In this document: in pieces, positions 8,114 through 18,000 of the stretch | Numbering within the stretch: position 1 is the stretch's first letter | Layout: each line of letters begins with the position of its first letter | Assembly: GCA_037440625.1 (NCBI GenBank) | Contig: JBBITT010000007.1 | Location: 28,257 to 92,256 of the forward strand | Direction of reading: 5' to 3' | Source of the DNA: Chloroflexota bacterium | GTDB taxonomy: Bacteria; Chloroflexota; Anaerolineae; UBA4142 | Length of the DNA: 64,000 nucleotides | Program-made: the position numbers and the translations under genes | The notes under the pieces: model-generated | Databases searched by the model: none | Seen by the model: the letters and a program-made list of their open reading frames with translations, nothing else | What the model was told of the DNA's origin: nothing

Positions 8114-9184
8114 ATGAACAAGTTCATCGAGCTCTTGCAAAGCCGGCCCCTGATCGCTCCTCTGCTTGCTCTGGTCTTGCTCGTTGTCGGCTTGGTCATT
8201 GGTCTAGCGATTGGCTGGATGACCGTCGAGTTCAAACCGAGTGCCGACGATGTCGTGATGGTTGCAGATTCCTTCGCCCTCAATCCTAACGTTGACCTTG
8301 CCAGAGCGCGACTAAGGAACCTGTCCAAAACCGAGCAAGAGACTATCCTCAATCGCTTGATTGAAGATCGGACCAAACGTGGGTTGACACGCGAGGTGGA
8401 ACGCCTGACCACGTTGGGCCAAGCCTTGGGATTGAACATCAGCGGCGTTGGTCCCTTGCCCACCACTACTCGTCCTAGTGGTGCCTCCTCGTCTGCTCCA
8501 ACGCAACCTGCGCCGACGGGTAGGTTGGATCTATTACCCATCATTCTGGGAATCTTGGTGATCGTTCTGCTCGCTGCCGCCGCGGGCTTGGTGTTCTTTA
8601 CCCGAATCCTCCCCAGGTTACGCCAACCACGTGCACCGCGCCAAGCCCCGTCCTCTATTCAACCGCGAGCCGGCGCGGTCTCCACGCCCGGAGCGGATTT
8701 GCGCTACGGTGCTGCCCCCGCCCCCACCACCAGTGCCGGTGAACTGGGCCGCTTTGTACCTACTTATACTCTGGGGAACGACAACTATGACACATCGTTT
8801 AGTCTGGAAACTGCCAAAGGCGAATTCCTGGGCGAATGCGGCATGGGCGTTTCGGAGACGATTGGCGAAGGAAAGCCGGACAAGGTAACCGCGTTCGATT
8901 TGTGGTTGTTCGATAAAGCCGATGTGCGCACTGTCACTCAAATCTTGATGAGCGATTACGCCTTCAAAGATCCCACCATTCGCACCAAACTTGCCACCAA
9001 AGGCGAAGCCATCCTCGCCGAAAAAGGCAAGACCTTGCATCTGGAAACACGCTCCCTTGCCATTGATGCTCACGTGGTCGAACTAGTGTATGCCACCAAT
9101 CCGAGTCTCCCGCCCAATAGCCACTTTCAAAAACTCGTCGTTGAGATTGTGCCAACCCACAAAGGCGACACGGAGACTGGATAA
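8114..9184 (+). CDS. hypothetical membrane protein (two TM segments, Pro/Ala-rich linkers, C-terminal soluble domain)
   Basis: ORF track starts 8051; ATG 8114 follows GGAGG; LIAPLLALVLLVVGLVIGLAIGW and LLPIILGILVIVLLAAAAGLVFF hydrophobic helices; no family recognised. Confidence 0.6.
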   Translation: MNKFIELLQSRPLIAPLLALVLLVVGLVIGLAIGWMTVEFKPSADDVVMVADSFALNPNVDLARARLRNLSKTEQETILNRLIEDRTKRGLTREVERLTTLGQALGLNISGVGPLPTTTRPSGASSSAPTQPAPTGRLDLLPIILGILVIVLLAAAAGLVFFTRILPRLRQPRAPRQAPSSIQPRAGAVSTPGADLRYGAAPAPTTSAGELGRFVPTYTLGNDNYDTSFSLETAKGEFLGECGMGVSETIGEGKPDKVTAFDLWLFDKADVRTVTQILMSDYAFKDPTIRTKLATKGEAILAEKGKTLHLETRSLAIDAHVVELVYATNPSLPPNSHFQKLVVEIVPTHKGDTETG

Positions 9185-9276
9185 AGCCCATCCGCACAAG
9201 CACTTGCCCGCTCTGGCGCTGATCAGGGCGGGTATTTTTGTTGAACATCAAAATTCTAGAGATCCAAGGTGAACGC

Positions 9277-9849
9277 ATGCTCTATCATCTTTGCGCCGCG
9301 TTAGGGTTTGCCTTCCTGTATGCCGAAACCGGCTGGGGACATTCCCACTCGCTGGAAAAAGCCTGGCTTGTTGGCGGGCTCACCTTTATTGCCTTTTTGA
9401 TTTCTTTTCTCGCTCCCCGCCGATTCGCCCATTACACGCTTGAGGATAGTGCGCCGCTTGTGCAGACTCGAGTACTTGACCGTGCGATGATGGGGACAGC
9501 CATCATCCTGGGATTGAACGCGATTGTTTGGATTATCCTTGGCGGGAGCGTTCCATTGCTCGAAGAACTGTACGGCTATACCCTGATGGCAGTGTTTCTG
9601 TTTCATGGCTTTGCCGGCGCCATGGCGGCACACATTGTTTACCTGCAACAAACCCGGCAATATAACTCGAATCAACTTGTCGCTGTGATCATCTTTGTAA
9701 CGATCGTTCTGCTCATCATTGTGTTGTATCTATTCGCCCTGGACTGGACCGCCTTGCGCGATGCGTACATTCACATCCGCGATCTAACATGGGTCTCGTT
9801 GATCCTTTTGGGTTACGGACGGGCGGTTTATTTGATGGCACACCATTGA
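9277..9849 (+). CDS. hypothetical polytopic membrane protein
   Basis: ORF track starts at TTG 9238; ATG 9277 preceded by AAGGTGA; several hydrophobic helices; no family recognised. Confidence 0.55.
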   Translation: MLYHLCAALGFAFLYAETGWGHSHSLEKAWLVGGLTFIAFLISFLAPRRFAHYTLEDSAPLVQTRVLDRAMMGTAIILGLNAIVWIILGGSVPLLEELYGYTLMAVFLFHGFAGAMAAHIVYLQQTRQYNSNQLVAVIIFVTIVLLIIVLYLFALDWTALRDAYIHIRDLTWVSLILLGYGRAVYLMAHH

Positions 9850-9971
9850 TGAGTTCGCCTCGTCTTGCGGTTTTACGCAACCCGGATACAATAACCCTCG
9901 TCGTTCAAGGAGACAGTTTCAGTGATAATCCACAACAATCAATCCCTTGTTTGGCGATGGAGTAGAATCGT

Positions 9972-10337
9972 ATGCTGACCTTTATTCATAGCCGGCTGGC
10001 GCTCACCGTCATTCTCTTTGTACTGGTGCTCGGCATCTGGGCGGGATGGAAGTATTTTCGCAGAGAAGGGCTCACCTCGAGTTATTGGGGCGCGCTCATT
10101 ATCGGCGAGATGCTGATCCTCGCGCAGGGCTTGCTCGGTTTGTTGCTCGTGATCACGGGCAGGCAACCGGCCGAGCTGTTGCATTTCTTGTACGGGGTTC
10201 TGACCGCGCTGGGATTGCCCGCCGTTTATATCTACACCGGCGGACGCGCCACGCGCACCGAGGCGGCGATCTACGCCCTGGTATCATTTGCCATCTTTGG
10301 TTTGGCAATTCGCGCGATGACGACTGGCGGAGGTTAG
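9972..10337 (+). CDS. hypothetical small membrane protein (4 predicted TM helices)
   Basis: 121 aa, uniformly hydrophobic helices separated by short basic loops. Confidence 0.55.
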   Translation: MLTFIHSRLALTVILFVLVLGIWAGWKYFRREGLTSSYWGALIIGEMLILAQGLLGLLLVITGRQPAELLHFLYGVLTALGLPAVYIYTGGRATRTEAAIYALVSFAIFGLAIRAMTTGGG

Positions 10338-10407
10338 TGGACTCACTAAAAAACTGGAGGCAAAAAACATCTTGGCGATGTGCCCGACCGAAGGGCACAT
10401 CGCCGAT

Positions 10408-11100
10408 TTATTGCACGAGCGCGCGCAGATCGCGTAGCCGGGCGCCATCAAACTCTGGGTGACGATCCTGCCGATCCACCAAAATCGCGGCGAGGCCCGC
10501 GTTACGCGCGCCCTCAATATCATGAAACACACTATCGCCAACATAGACGATTTCTTCGCGTGGACAGTGGGCGGCTTGCACCGTTAAATCAAAAATTTTG
10601 CGGTCCGGCTTTTCCACGCCCGCAATCGCCGATACCACAAAGAACTTGAAATACTGATGAATGCCTACTTGCCGGAGTACATCTTCCAGATTGGCAGAAA
10701 AATTGGAGAGGATTCCCATACGTATCCCACGTGCGTGCAGGGCTCGAAGGGTGGGCATCACATCGTCGTACAACTTTTCAAACTCGGCGCGCTGAAAGCG
10801 TTCGCGGATTTCATTCACCACGGGCGACATATCGCGTGTAACACCCAACCGTCGAAATCCTTCGGCATAGAAATCGTTCCAAAACGCCACCCCATGATCG
10901 TGCTCCAAACTCACCGCCCGTTTTTGTTGCCATTGCGGTATTTCACTTTCGAGTTGTTCCAACACGGCATACGCTTGATGCCAATCGAGCGCAATATGAT
11001 GCGCGGCGGCAGCATGCACATAGCGAGTCGCTAGCGCAGCGTAATCCAGTTGTAACAGCGTCCCGCCGACATCAAAGACGACCGTTGAATAAGGAATCAA
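10408..11100 (-). CDS. HAD-superfamily hydrolase
   Basis: 230 aa; VVFDVGGTLL (motif I), ILSNFS (motif II), VGDSVFHDIEGA (motif IV). Confidence 0.85.
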   Translation of the reverse strand: MIPYSTVVFDVGGTLLQLDYAALATRYVHAAAAHHIALDWHQAYAVLEQLESEIPQWQQKRAVSLEHDHGVAFWNDFYAEGFRRLGVTRDMSPVVNEIRERFQRAEFEKLYDDVMPTLRALHARGIRMGILSNFSANLEDVLRQVGIHQYFKFFVVSAIAGVEKPDRKIFDLTVQAAHCPREEIVYVGDSVFHDIEGARNAGLAAILVDRQDRHPEFDGARLRDLRALVQ

Positions 11101-11106
11101 GATGAT

Positions 11107-13449
11107 TTATGCCTCACGAATGGGAAGTTGCACTTGGATCCGCGTGCCTTGGCGCGGAGCGGTGATGATCGAAAAGGTGCCGCCGGCGCGTTCGGCGCGC
11201 TCACGCATTTGCACCAAGCCCACACTGCCGCGCGCCCGTGCCGCTTGCAAAGCCGAGTCGAGATCGAAACCAACGCCATCATCGCGCACCAAGAGAGTGG
11301 CGATGGAGGGTTGGGTGATGGAGAGATCAATCCACACGTGTTTGGCTTGGGCGTGCTTGCGAACATTGTTGAGCATTTCTTGTGTCAATCGAAACAATGC
11401 CGTTTCTAATTTGGGTGGCAAGTGGCTGAAATCGTCGTGTGCCTTGAACGCAATTTCGATTTCATTGACGGTGGCAAATTCTTTGACGTATTTTTCGAGC
11501 GCCGGCAAGAATCCCTGGGTTTCGATTTCGACGGGTCGCAACGCAAAGATGATCCGACGCACATCGCGCGCATCCCGGCGCAGTTGCTCGGAAATGTCAT
11601 TCAACTCTTTACGGAGTTCGCGTTCTTTGCCTTGCGAAGCTAGTTTTTGCGCCACACTGATCTTGAGCACCAAATACGACAAATCTTGTGCCAAACTATC
11701 GTGAATTTCACGCGCGATACGCGTACGCTCTTCGGCGATGGCGGCTTCTTCCGACCGTGCGTAGAGTTGGGCGTTGCGGATTGCCAATGCCGCCGCGCTC
11801 GCCAAGGTGGAAAGCAGATCAATGTGCCGTGTCCGAAAATCGCCTTGCTCCATCGGACGCGCCAGGATCACCCACCCTTCGATGTGACTGCCGATTGCCA
11901 TCGGCGCGCTGAGCAGGAACTGCTTTTCGCCGAGGTCGGTCACGCCCAGCGTGCGATTGTGGTGCGGCACTCGCGCGAGGAGAGCAACCGGCTCCGTCAA
12001 GCCCCGCACCACCCAGGGTTCAAAAATTTGTCGCTCCGCATCGCGCAAAAAGATCACGCCCCCGGTGGCTTGACACGTTTCGATCATTTCGTTCAACAAA
12101 CGATCGAGGAGATCGCGCATATTCAAATCGGCGCGGACCGCGCGATCCACTTCGCGGAATGCCTGCGTCTCGCGCGCGCGCAAGCGCTGCGCTTCGATGA
12201 CAGCCCCCGCAATATGCGCAATCGTGCGTAACGTGTTCAGCCATTCTTCGCTGGGCAAACGATACGATGCCAGACGCACCGTGAGCGCGCCGAGTGTTTT
12301 ATCGCTGTGTTGAATCGGCAGCGTGAGCCAACTGCCTTGATCATCCGGCTGAAACTTTTCGGCAATGGACGCAATATCCAAGGGGGGAATCTGGTGGTGA
12401 TCTAAACCCTGCGATCGAAATACGGGGGTAGGCATCCCTTCGATGATCCAGAGCGCGGTACCGCGCGCATGCACCGTTTCGATGGGGGCGTTGAGGATGA
12501 GCGCGCAAGCATCTTCTAAATCCACCGCGCGCGCTAAACGTTGACTAATCTCACCCAACTGCTGAACCTGCGTCATCCAGCGGGTTTGATCAATGGCAAT
12601 GGCGGCTTGACTGGCAAAGACAGTGGCAAACTCTAGGTCGGCGTGGGTAAACAAGATATTTTCACGCAAACGCGAAAGGTTGAGTACGCCAATGACTCGG
12701 CCGCGTAATTTGAGTGGCACGGAGAGAGCGGAGCCCACGTTGGGCTTGATCATCGCTCGGCGAATTTCCGGCTCGAGCGCGAGTCCATCGGTGAGGATGA
12801 GGGGTTCGCCGGTTTGGGCGACCCGCCCGGCAATCCCGTTTCCCAAAGCACGCCGTTCTGTTTCCACAATCTGAGGAGGCAATCCAGCCGCCGCAGCAAT
12901 TCGCAGTTCATTTTGCGCCTCATCCAACAACATCAACGAAACAATATCGGCTTGGGTTTCTTGACGGACAATGTTCACGATTTGATTCAGTACCTCTTGC
13001 AAAGCGATCGTGCCCATAAAGGTGCGCGAGAGTTCGTACAATGGCACCAAGGCACGGAGGCGCGCGTTTTCACGTCGCAATTTTTCTTGTTCGAGTGCGC
13101 TAAAGACCGAGGTCAACAGTTGTTCGGGGACAATGGGTTTGACCAAAAAGCCCACAAAGCCGGCGCGCAACGCATCGAGGGCTAGTTCCCAACTGCTATG
13201 GACGGTTACCACCACGCCCGCCAGATCGGGCTGGTGTTCGCGGATCTGGCGGAAGATTTCGATGCCAGACCCATCGGGCAAGAAAATATCGGCGAGGACA
13301 AGATCAAAGGTGGACTGGTGCGCAAGTGCCAGTGCGTCCGCACCCTTCGTCGCGGTCTGAACTTGATACCCTGCTTCGATCAGAACCTGACTCATTTCTT
13401 TAAGCAGATCAAGATGATCCTCAACAATCAAGATGCGTTCGTGTGGCAT
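11107..13449 (-). CDS. hybrid sensor: N-terminal receiver + multiple GAF domains + HisKA_3/HATPase histidine kinase
   Basis: ORF track starts 13548; ATG 13449 (MPHERILIVEDH) has RBS GGGAAGGAT; REC (DLVLADIFLPDGSG), GAF-like repeats, EERTRIAREIHDSLAQDL (H box, NarL-type), C-terminal VRDDGVGF ... GLVQMRERA. Confidence 0.85.
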   Translation of the reverse strand: MPHERILIVEDHLDLLKEMSQVLIEAGYQVQTATKGADALALAHQSTFDLVLADIFLPDGSGIEIFRQIREHQPDLAGVVVTVHSSWELALDALRAGFVGFLVKPIVPEQLLTSVFSALEQEKLRRENARLRALVPLYELSRTFMGTIALQEVLNQIVNIVRQETQADIVSLMLLDEAQNELRIAAAAGLPPQIVETERRALGNGIAGRVAQTGEPLILTDGLALEPEIRRAMIKPNVGSALSVPLKLRGRVIGVLNLSRLRENILFTHADLEFATVFASQAAIAIDQTRWMTQVQQLGEISQRLARAVDLEDACALILNAPIETVHARGTALWIIEGMPTPVFRSQGLDHHQIPPLDIASIAEKFQPDDQGSWLTLPIQHSDKTLGALTVRLASYRLPSEEWLNTLRTIAHIAGAVIEAQRLRARETQAFREVDRAVRADLNMRDLLDRLLNEMIETCQATGGVIFLRDAERQIFEPWVVRGLTEPVALLARVPHHNRTLGVTDLGEKQFLLSAPMAIGSHIEGWVILARPMEQGDFRTRHIDLLSTLASAAALAIRNAQLYARSEEAAIAEERTRIAREIHDSLAQDLSYLVLKISVAQKLASQGKERELRKELNDISEQLRRDARDVRRIIFALRPVEIETQGFLPALEKYVKEFATVNEIEIAFKAHDDFSHLPPKLETALFRLTQEMLNNVRKHAQAKHVWIDLSITQPSIATLLVRDDGVGFDLDSALQAARARGSVGLVQMRERAERAGGTFSIITAPRQGTRIQVQLPIREA

Positions 13450-13510
13450 AATCCTTCCCTCTACGGCTCTAGTATATCCACATTTGCTTGGTCGCGCAAT
13501 CGGTTTAGGT

Positions 13511-13539
13511 TTGCGTTGTGTTTCGCTTTGCGATATACT
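13511..13539 (+). promoter_or_regulatory. sigma70-like promoter of the glycosyltransferase/polysaccharide operon
   Basis: TTGCGT (13511-16) - 17 nt - TATACT (13534-39); ATG at 13548 implies little or no leader. Confidence 0.45.
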
Positions 13540-13547
13540 AGCAACCA

Positions 13548-14630
13548 ATGCGAATGGCTTTGATTGCCAGTTACCTCAATCAATATGGCGGTGCGGAACG
13601 GGTCTTGGAAGTGGTGCATGAATTATTTCCGGACGCGCCGGTCTATACCTCCGCCTTCTGGGCTCCCGCGTTTCCGCCGGCGTATCGCACGTGGGACATT
13701 CGCACTTCGTTTCTCAACCGCGTGCCGGTGCATAATCAACGATTATTCTTGCCCTTGTACCCGGCGGCGTTTGAATCATTCGATTTGCGCGGCTATGATG
13801 TGCTTTTGAGTGTTACCAGCGCATTTGCGCACGGTGTCCGTGTTCCTAATGGGGCGCGGCACATTTGTTATTGCCTCACGCCCGCGCGCTTCTTGTGGAC
13901 GTACGACGATTACATCGAACGTGAAAACATCGGTCGCTTGCCGCGCCTGGTCTTGCCGCTCTTTATCGCGCGGCTCCGCGAATGGGATCGCCGCGTGGCA
14001 GATCGCGTTACGCAATTTATTGCGATCTCTCAAATTGTGCGCGAACGCATTGCCAAATATTATCAACGCGATTCAACGATCATCTATCCGCCGGTAGAGG
14101 TCAAGCGTTTCTCGGTTTCAACGCAACGCGACAATTATTTTTTGATTCTCTCGCGTCTGGTGCCGTACAAGCGGATTGATCTGGCGGTGCAAGCGTTCAA
14201 TGAACTGGGCTTGCCGCTCGTCATCGCCGGCGATGGGCGTGATCGTCCCCGGTTGCAAGCGATGGCTCAGTCAAACGTCCGGTTCCTGGGTCGTGTGTCC
14301 GATGCGCAAGCGCAAGAGTTATTGGCGCGGTGTCGCGCGTTTGTTTTTCCCGGCGAAGAAGATTTTGGCATCACGCCTTTGGAAGCGAATGCGTGCGGCA
14401 AACCGGTGATTGCGTTTGCCGCCGGCGGTGCGCTCGATTCGGTGGTGGAAGGTGTTACTGGCGAGTTTTTCCGCGAGCCAACGGCGCAATCCTTGGTGGA
14501 AATAATCCGCTGTTTCGATGAGCGCAAATTCGATGCGCAAACAATTCGATGCCACGCGGAGAAATTTGGAGTAGATGTGTTCAAAGACAAGTTGCGTGCG
14601 GTGATTCGGAGGGTTTATGGAACTACGTGA
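13548..14630 (+). CDS. glycosyltransferase family 4 (GT-B, retaining)
   Basis: 360 aa; GGAERV near N-terminus; FVFPGEEDFGITPLEANACGKPVIA (E-x7-E region). Confidence 0.85.
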   Translation: MRMALIASYLNQYGGAERVLEVVHELFPDAPVYTSAFWAPAFPPAYRTWDIRTSFLNRVPVHNQRLFLPLYPAAFESFDLRGYDVLLSVTSAFAHGVRVPNGARHICYCLTPARFLWTYDDYIERENIGRLPRLVLPLFIARLREWDRRVADRVTQFIAISQIVRERIAKYYQRDSTIIYPPVEVKRFSVSTQRDNYFLILSRLVPYKRIDLAVQAFNELGLPLVIAGDGRDRPRLQAMAQSNVRFLGRVSDAQAQELLARCRAFVFPGEEDFGITPLEANACGKPVIAFAAGGALDSVVEGVTGEFFREPTAQSLVEIIRCFDERKFDAQTIRCHAEKFGVDVFKDKLRAVIRRVYGTT

Positions 14631-15303
14631 TTACACTCGCGTTGTGTTGCGTTACGGGTGGATGATCCTTGCTCTGCCGATCATCGTGGGTATCGGCAGT
14701 TGGATTTTCCGTCCGCAATCGCCGCCCCTCTACTCGGCGAGCGTCCGCTTTACCATCGGCGTGAATGCACTCGCGCCGGACAAGGCAATCGGTTACGATC
14801 CCATTCTCACCGCCTATCAAGCCTCGGAGTACATCCGCGACGATTTCGTGGAAATCATTCAAAGCGATGTCTTTGCCGACGATGTGAACGCGGTGTTGAC
14901 AACGATGGGCGCGGGCGAGGTCAAGGTGCGCAAAGGAAACATTACCGCCGCCATTGAAAAGCAACGCCGTTTGATGTCTATGACGATTACGTGGGGCAAG
15001 GCGGAGCAAGCGCAAAAGATTGCCGACGCGGCAGTGAAAAATTTGAGCGAGAACAACGCCAAATATTTTGCGCAACTGGGCTCTAGCGGCGCAATGCTTA
15101 CGGTGATTGATCGCCCAGTGGTTGCGCCGGTCGGCCAATCGTTGCGCGAGCAAATGGATATTCCGATTCGCGTCATTATTGCGCTTCTTGCCGGGATTGC
15201 CCTCGCGTTCATTTTGGATTATCTCGATACATCGGTGCGCGATGCACGGGATGCCGAAGCATTGGGCTTGCGTGTTCTCGGTGAGATTCCGCGCGCCAAG
15301 TAG
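14617..15303 (+). CDS. Wzz/CpsC-type polysaccharide chain-length determinant protein (copy 1)
   Basis: 228 aa; MELRDYTRVVLRYGWMILALPIIVG N-terminal TM, periplasmic/extracellular middle, second TM IALLAGIALAFILDYLD; overlaps GT stop by 14 nt. Confidence 0.75.
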   Translation: MELRDYTRVVLRYGWMILALPIIVGIGSWIFRPQSPPLYSASVRFTIGVNALAPDKAIGYDPILTAYQASEYIRDDFVEIIQSDVFADDVNAVLTTMGAGEVKVRKGNITAAIEKQRRLMSMTITWGKAEQAQKIADAAVKNLSENNAKYFAQLGSSGAMLTVIDRPVVAPVGQSLREQMDIPIRVIIALLAGIALAFILDYLDTSVRDARDAEALGLRVLGEIPRAK

Positions 15304-15440
15304 ATTTCGCCGTTTCCTTGTTTCACCGATATTGTGGTAAAATAGCCGCGTAAACGCTCGAAAAGTAGCCACCCAACTAATCGTGACGGCTTTGGCACAC
15401 CCCGATTTAATGCGGGGCTACCACTCATCAGGAGAAGAGA

Positions 15441-16175
15441 ATGCAATTGCAAGATTACGCGCGAATGCTACTCAAGCGCGGTTGGATCATTATCGTTCTG
15501 GCGATCATTGCCGCCGGTAGCGCGTACGGGTTTAGCAAACTACAAACCCCTATCTACAAATCCACGGTAACTCTCAGCGCCGTGCCAGCGCGCCCCTCCG
15601 ATTACGGGCAATCGCTGGCAATCAAAAATCTCCTGCGCAACTATGTGCAACAAATGCAATCGCCTGCTATTGCGCAGCCGGTGATTGACAAATTGCAACT
15701 GGATGTGAACGTGGACAAGTTTGTGAGCCAACTTAATTTCAATGCCGACGAGTCCACGTTGCTCATCACCATTGAGGCGCGCCATCCGTTGACGCAAACC
15801 GTCGCCCGGATGGCGCAAACGCTCGCCGAAACGTTCGTCTCGGTGCACAATCAAGAGAATCTGCAAATTGATCAACGTGATCGTATCTTGATTACCATTT
15901 TGCGCAACGCTACCTCGCCGGAAATTTTTTCGCCCAAGACTTCGATCAATGTGCTGGCAGGTGCCATCTTGGGTGCGCTCATCGGTTTGATGATCATCTT
16001 TGTTCTGGAATGGCTGGAATCGGACATTGTTCGCTCGACTGAGGATGTGGAACGATTCATCGGTGTAACAGTGCTAGGCACGATTCCTTCGTTGAGTGAA
16101 AAAGCATCGGACACCCAAAAGTCGGCGCCGCGTCCCGCCCAAAAACTCTGCCCGCATTGCGGCAATCCCATCTGA
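15441..16175 (+). CDS. Wzz/CpsC-type chain-length determinant protein (copy 2, with C-terminal CPHC tail)
   Basis: 244 aa; MQLQDYARMLLKRGWIIIVLAIIAAG parallels copy 1; second TM LAGAILGALIGLMIIFVLEWLE; RBS AGGAGAAGAGA. Confidence 0.75.
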   Translation: MQLQDYARMLLKRGWIIIVLAIIAAGSAYGFSKLQTPIYKSTVTLSAVPARPSDYGQSLAIKNLLRNYVQQMQSPAIAQPVIDKLQLDVNVDKFVSQLNFNADESTLLITIEARHPLTQTVARMAQTLAETFVSVHNQENLQIDQRDRILITILRNATSPEIFSPKTSINVLAGAILGALIGLMIIFVLEWLESDIVRSTEDVERFIGVTVLGTIPSLSEKASDTQKSAPRPAQKLCPHCGNPI

Positions 16176-16221
16176 ACCCCGAACACTGAATACCGAACAC
16201 TGAACACTGCTTACTGAATAA
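16173..16221. repeat. heptanucleotide tandem repeat (YGAAYAC x ~7)
   Basis: tgaaccc|cgaacac|tgaatac|cgaacac|tgaacac|tgcttac|tgaataa between Wzz copy 2 and the BY-kinase. Confidence 0.75.
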
Positions 16222-16232
16222 TGGAGTCTCCC

Positions 16233-16922
16233 ATGCCCGAAGATCGTTCATCCACGTTGATTACGATTGCTCATCCGCGTTCGCCGGTCAGCGAAGCATT
16301 TCGGACTTTGCGCACCAACTTGGAATTCACCTCGCTCGATAAACCCTTGCGCTCGATGGTGGTTACCTCCGCATCGCCGGAAGAGGGCAAGTCCACCACC
16401 TTAGCCAATCTTGCGGTAACGATAGCGCAAGCCGGCAAAAGAGTCTTGTTGGTAGATTGCGATTTGCGCCGCCCCTCCTTGCATCAAATCTTTAACGCGC
16501 GTCCCACGCCCGGCTTTACCGATATGATGCGCGATGATGCGTTGCTGAACAATCCCCCGTTGCAAGAAACGAGGGTACCGAATCTCTGGTTGCTCACGAG
16601 CGGCACGATTCCGCCCAACCCCGCGGAACTGGTTGCCTCACGTCGGATGAGCGAGGTGATCACAGCGTTGCAACAACATGCCGATATCGTCTTGTTCGAT
16701 GCACCGCCGGTGATTGCCGTAACCGACGCGGCGGTGTTGGCGTCTAAGGTAGAGGCGGTGTTGCTCGTGATTAGCGCGGGCAAGACCAAGCGCGATCATG
16801 CCAAAAAAGCCAAAGCGTTGCTAGAAAAAGTGAATGCGCATTTGATTGGTACGGTGTTGAACAACGTCAAAGGCGAAGCCGCATTGTATCAGTACTATGC
16901 AAGCGAGGAGAAGACAGCGTGA
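16233..16922 (+). CDS. CpsD/CapB-type bacterial tyrosine kinase (BY-kinase)
   Basis: ORF track starts 16221; ATG 16233 has GGAG 6 nt upstream; Walker A SASPEEGKST, A' LLVDCDLRRP, B VLFDAPP; C-terminal Tyr cluster LYQYYAS. Confidence 0.85.
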   Translation: MPEDRSSTLITIAHPRSPVSEAFRTLRTNLEFTSLDKPLRSMVVTSASPEEGKSTTLANLAVTIAQAGKRVLLVDCDLRRPSLHQIFNARPTPGFTDMMRDDALLNNPPLQETRVPNLWLLTSGTIPPNPAELVASRRMSEVITALQQHADIVLFDAPPVIAVTDAAVLASKVEAVLLVISAGKTKRDHAKKAKALLEKVNAHLIGTVLNNVKGEAALYQYYASEEKTA

Positions 16923-17983
16923 AAGGTCTTATTCTCTCTGGCGGTAAAGGCACCCGTTTGCGCCCATTTACCTACACCGGCGCAAAACAATTGGTGCCCG
17001 TCGCCAACAAGCCGGTCCTCTTTTACGCCATTCAAAACTTGGTGGACGCTGGCATCACCGAGATTGGCATTGTGGTGGGCGATACCGGCGCGCAGGTGCG
17101 CGAAGCCGTTGGCGATGGCGCCAAGTTCAAGGCACGCATCAAGTACATTCAACAGGACGCCCCGCGCGGAATTGCACACGGGATCAAGATTGCCCAAGAG
17201 TTCATCGGCAACGAAAAATTCGTCTTGTTCTTGGGTGATAACTTTATCCGCGATGGGATTGTGCCGCAGGTCAAGGCGTTCGCCGATGACACCATCAACG
17301 CGCAAATCATTCTTTACAAAATGGATGATCCCAGTTCGATGGGCGTGGCGGTACTCGATGGTGATGGACGCGTGGTCAAATTGGTGGAGAAACCCAAGCA
17401 ATTTATCTCGCCGTATGCGGTCATCGGCATTTATATGTTTGACCATCACGTCTTTGAAGCCGTGAATGCTATTCAACCCTCCGCGCGCGGCGAGTTAGAA
17501 ATCACCGATACGATTCAATATCTGATTGACCACCGTTACAATGTGCGTGCGCATCAATTGCAGGGATGGTGGATTGACACCGGCAAAATGTCGGATATTT
17601 TGGAAGCCAATCGGCTCATGCTGGATATTCTTGAATCGAAGAATCAAGGGAGCATTGATGGCGCATCGGTGATTGAAGGACGCGTGGTCATCGAACAAGA
17701 TGCCGTCATCGTCAATAGTACAATTCGGGGACCTGCGATCGTTGGCGAACGGACACGCATCGAGAACGCGTTCATCGGTCCTTACACTTCGATTTATCAC
17801 GATTGTTACATCCATCATTGCGAAATCGAAAATAGTGTGGTCTTGGAACATAGCCGCATCGGTGATTTGTCCAAACGATTAGCGGATAGTTTGATTGGGC
17901 GCAACGCCGAAATCAGCCGCGCTGGCGGACATACCCAAACGCTCAAATTGATGATCGGTGATTATAGCAAAGTGGGAATCTAA
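16919..17983 (+). CDS. long-form sugar-1-phosphate nucleotidyltransferase (glucose-1-phosphate thymidylyltransferase-like, with C-terminal left-handed beta-helix)
   Basis: 354 aa, GTG start overlapping kinase stop; LSGGKGTRLRPFTYTGAKQLVPV signature; hexapeptide-like C-terminal half. Confidence 0.85.
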   Translation: MKGLILSGGKGTRLRPFTYTGAKQLVPVANKPVLFYAIQNLVDAGITEIGIVVGDTGAQVREAVGDGAKFKARIKYIQQDAPRGIAHGIKIAQEFIGNEKFVLFLGDNFIRDGIVPQVKAFADDTINAQIILYKMDDPSSMGVAVLDGDGRVVKLVEKPKQFISPYAVIGIYMFDHHVFEAVNAIQPSARGELEITDTIQYLIDHRYNVRAHQLQGWWIDTGKMSDILEANRLMLDILESKNQGSIDGASVIEGRVVIEQDAVIVNSTIRGPAIVGERTRIENAFIGPYTSIYHDCYIHHCEIENSVVLEHSRIGDLSKRLADSLIGRNAEISRAGGHTQTLKLMIGDYSKVGI

Positions 17984-18000
17984 TCCACGAGGAGGACGCG

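Noticed and set aside
9922-9978. 18-codon GTG mini-ORF (RBS GGAG) overlapping the start of the 121-aa membrane protein gene
   Set aside because: It is too short, and I cannot check conservation. It may be a chance ORF in a 5' leader.
15345-15440. Possible riboswitch or structured leader upstream of Wzz copy 2 (CCCCG...CGGGG hairpin, GTAGCC...GGCTAC)
   Set aside because: I could not match it to any riboswitch consensus I know (e.g. c-di-GMP classes). The candidate helices compete for the same G residues.
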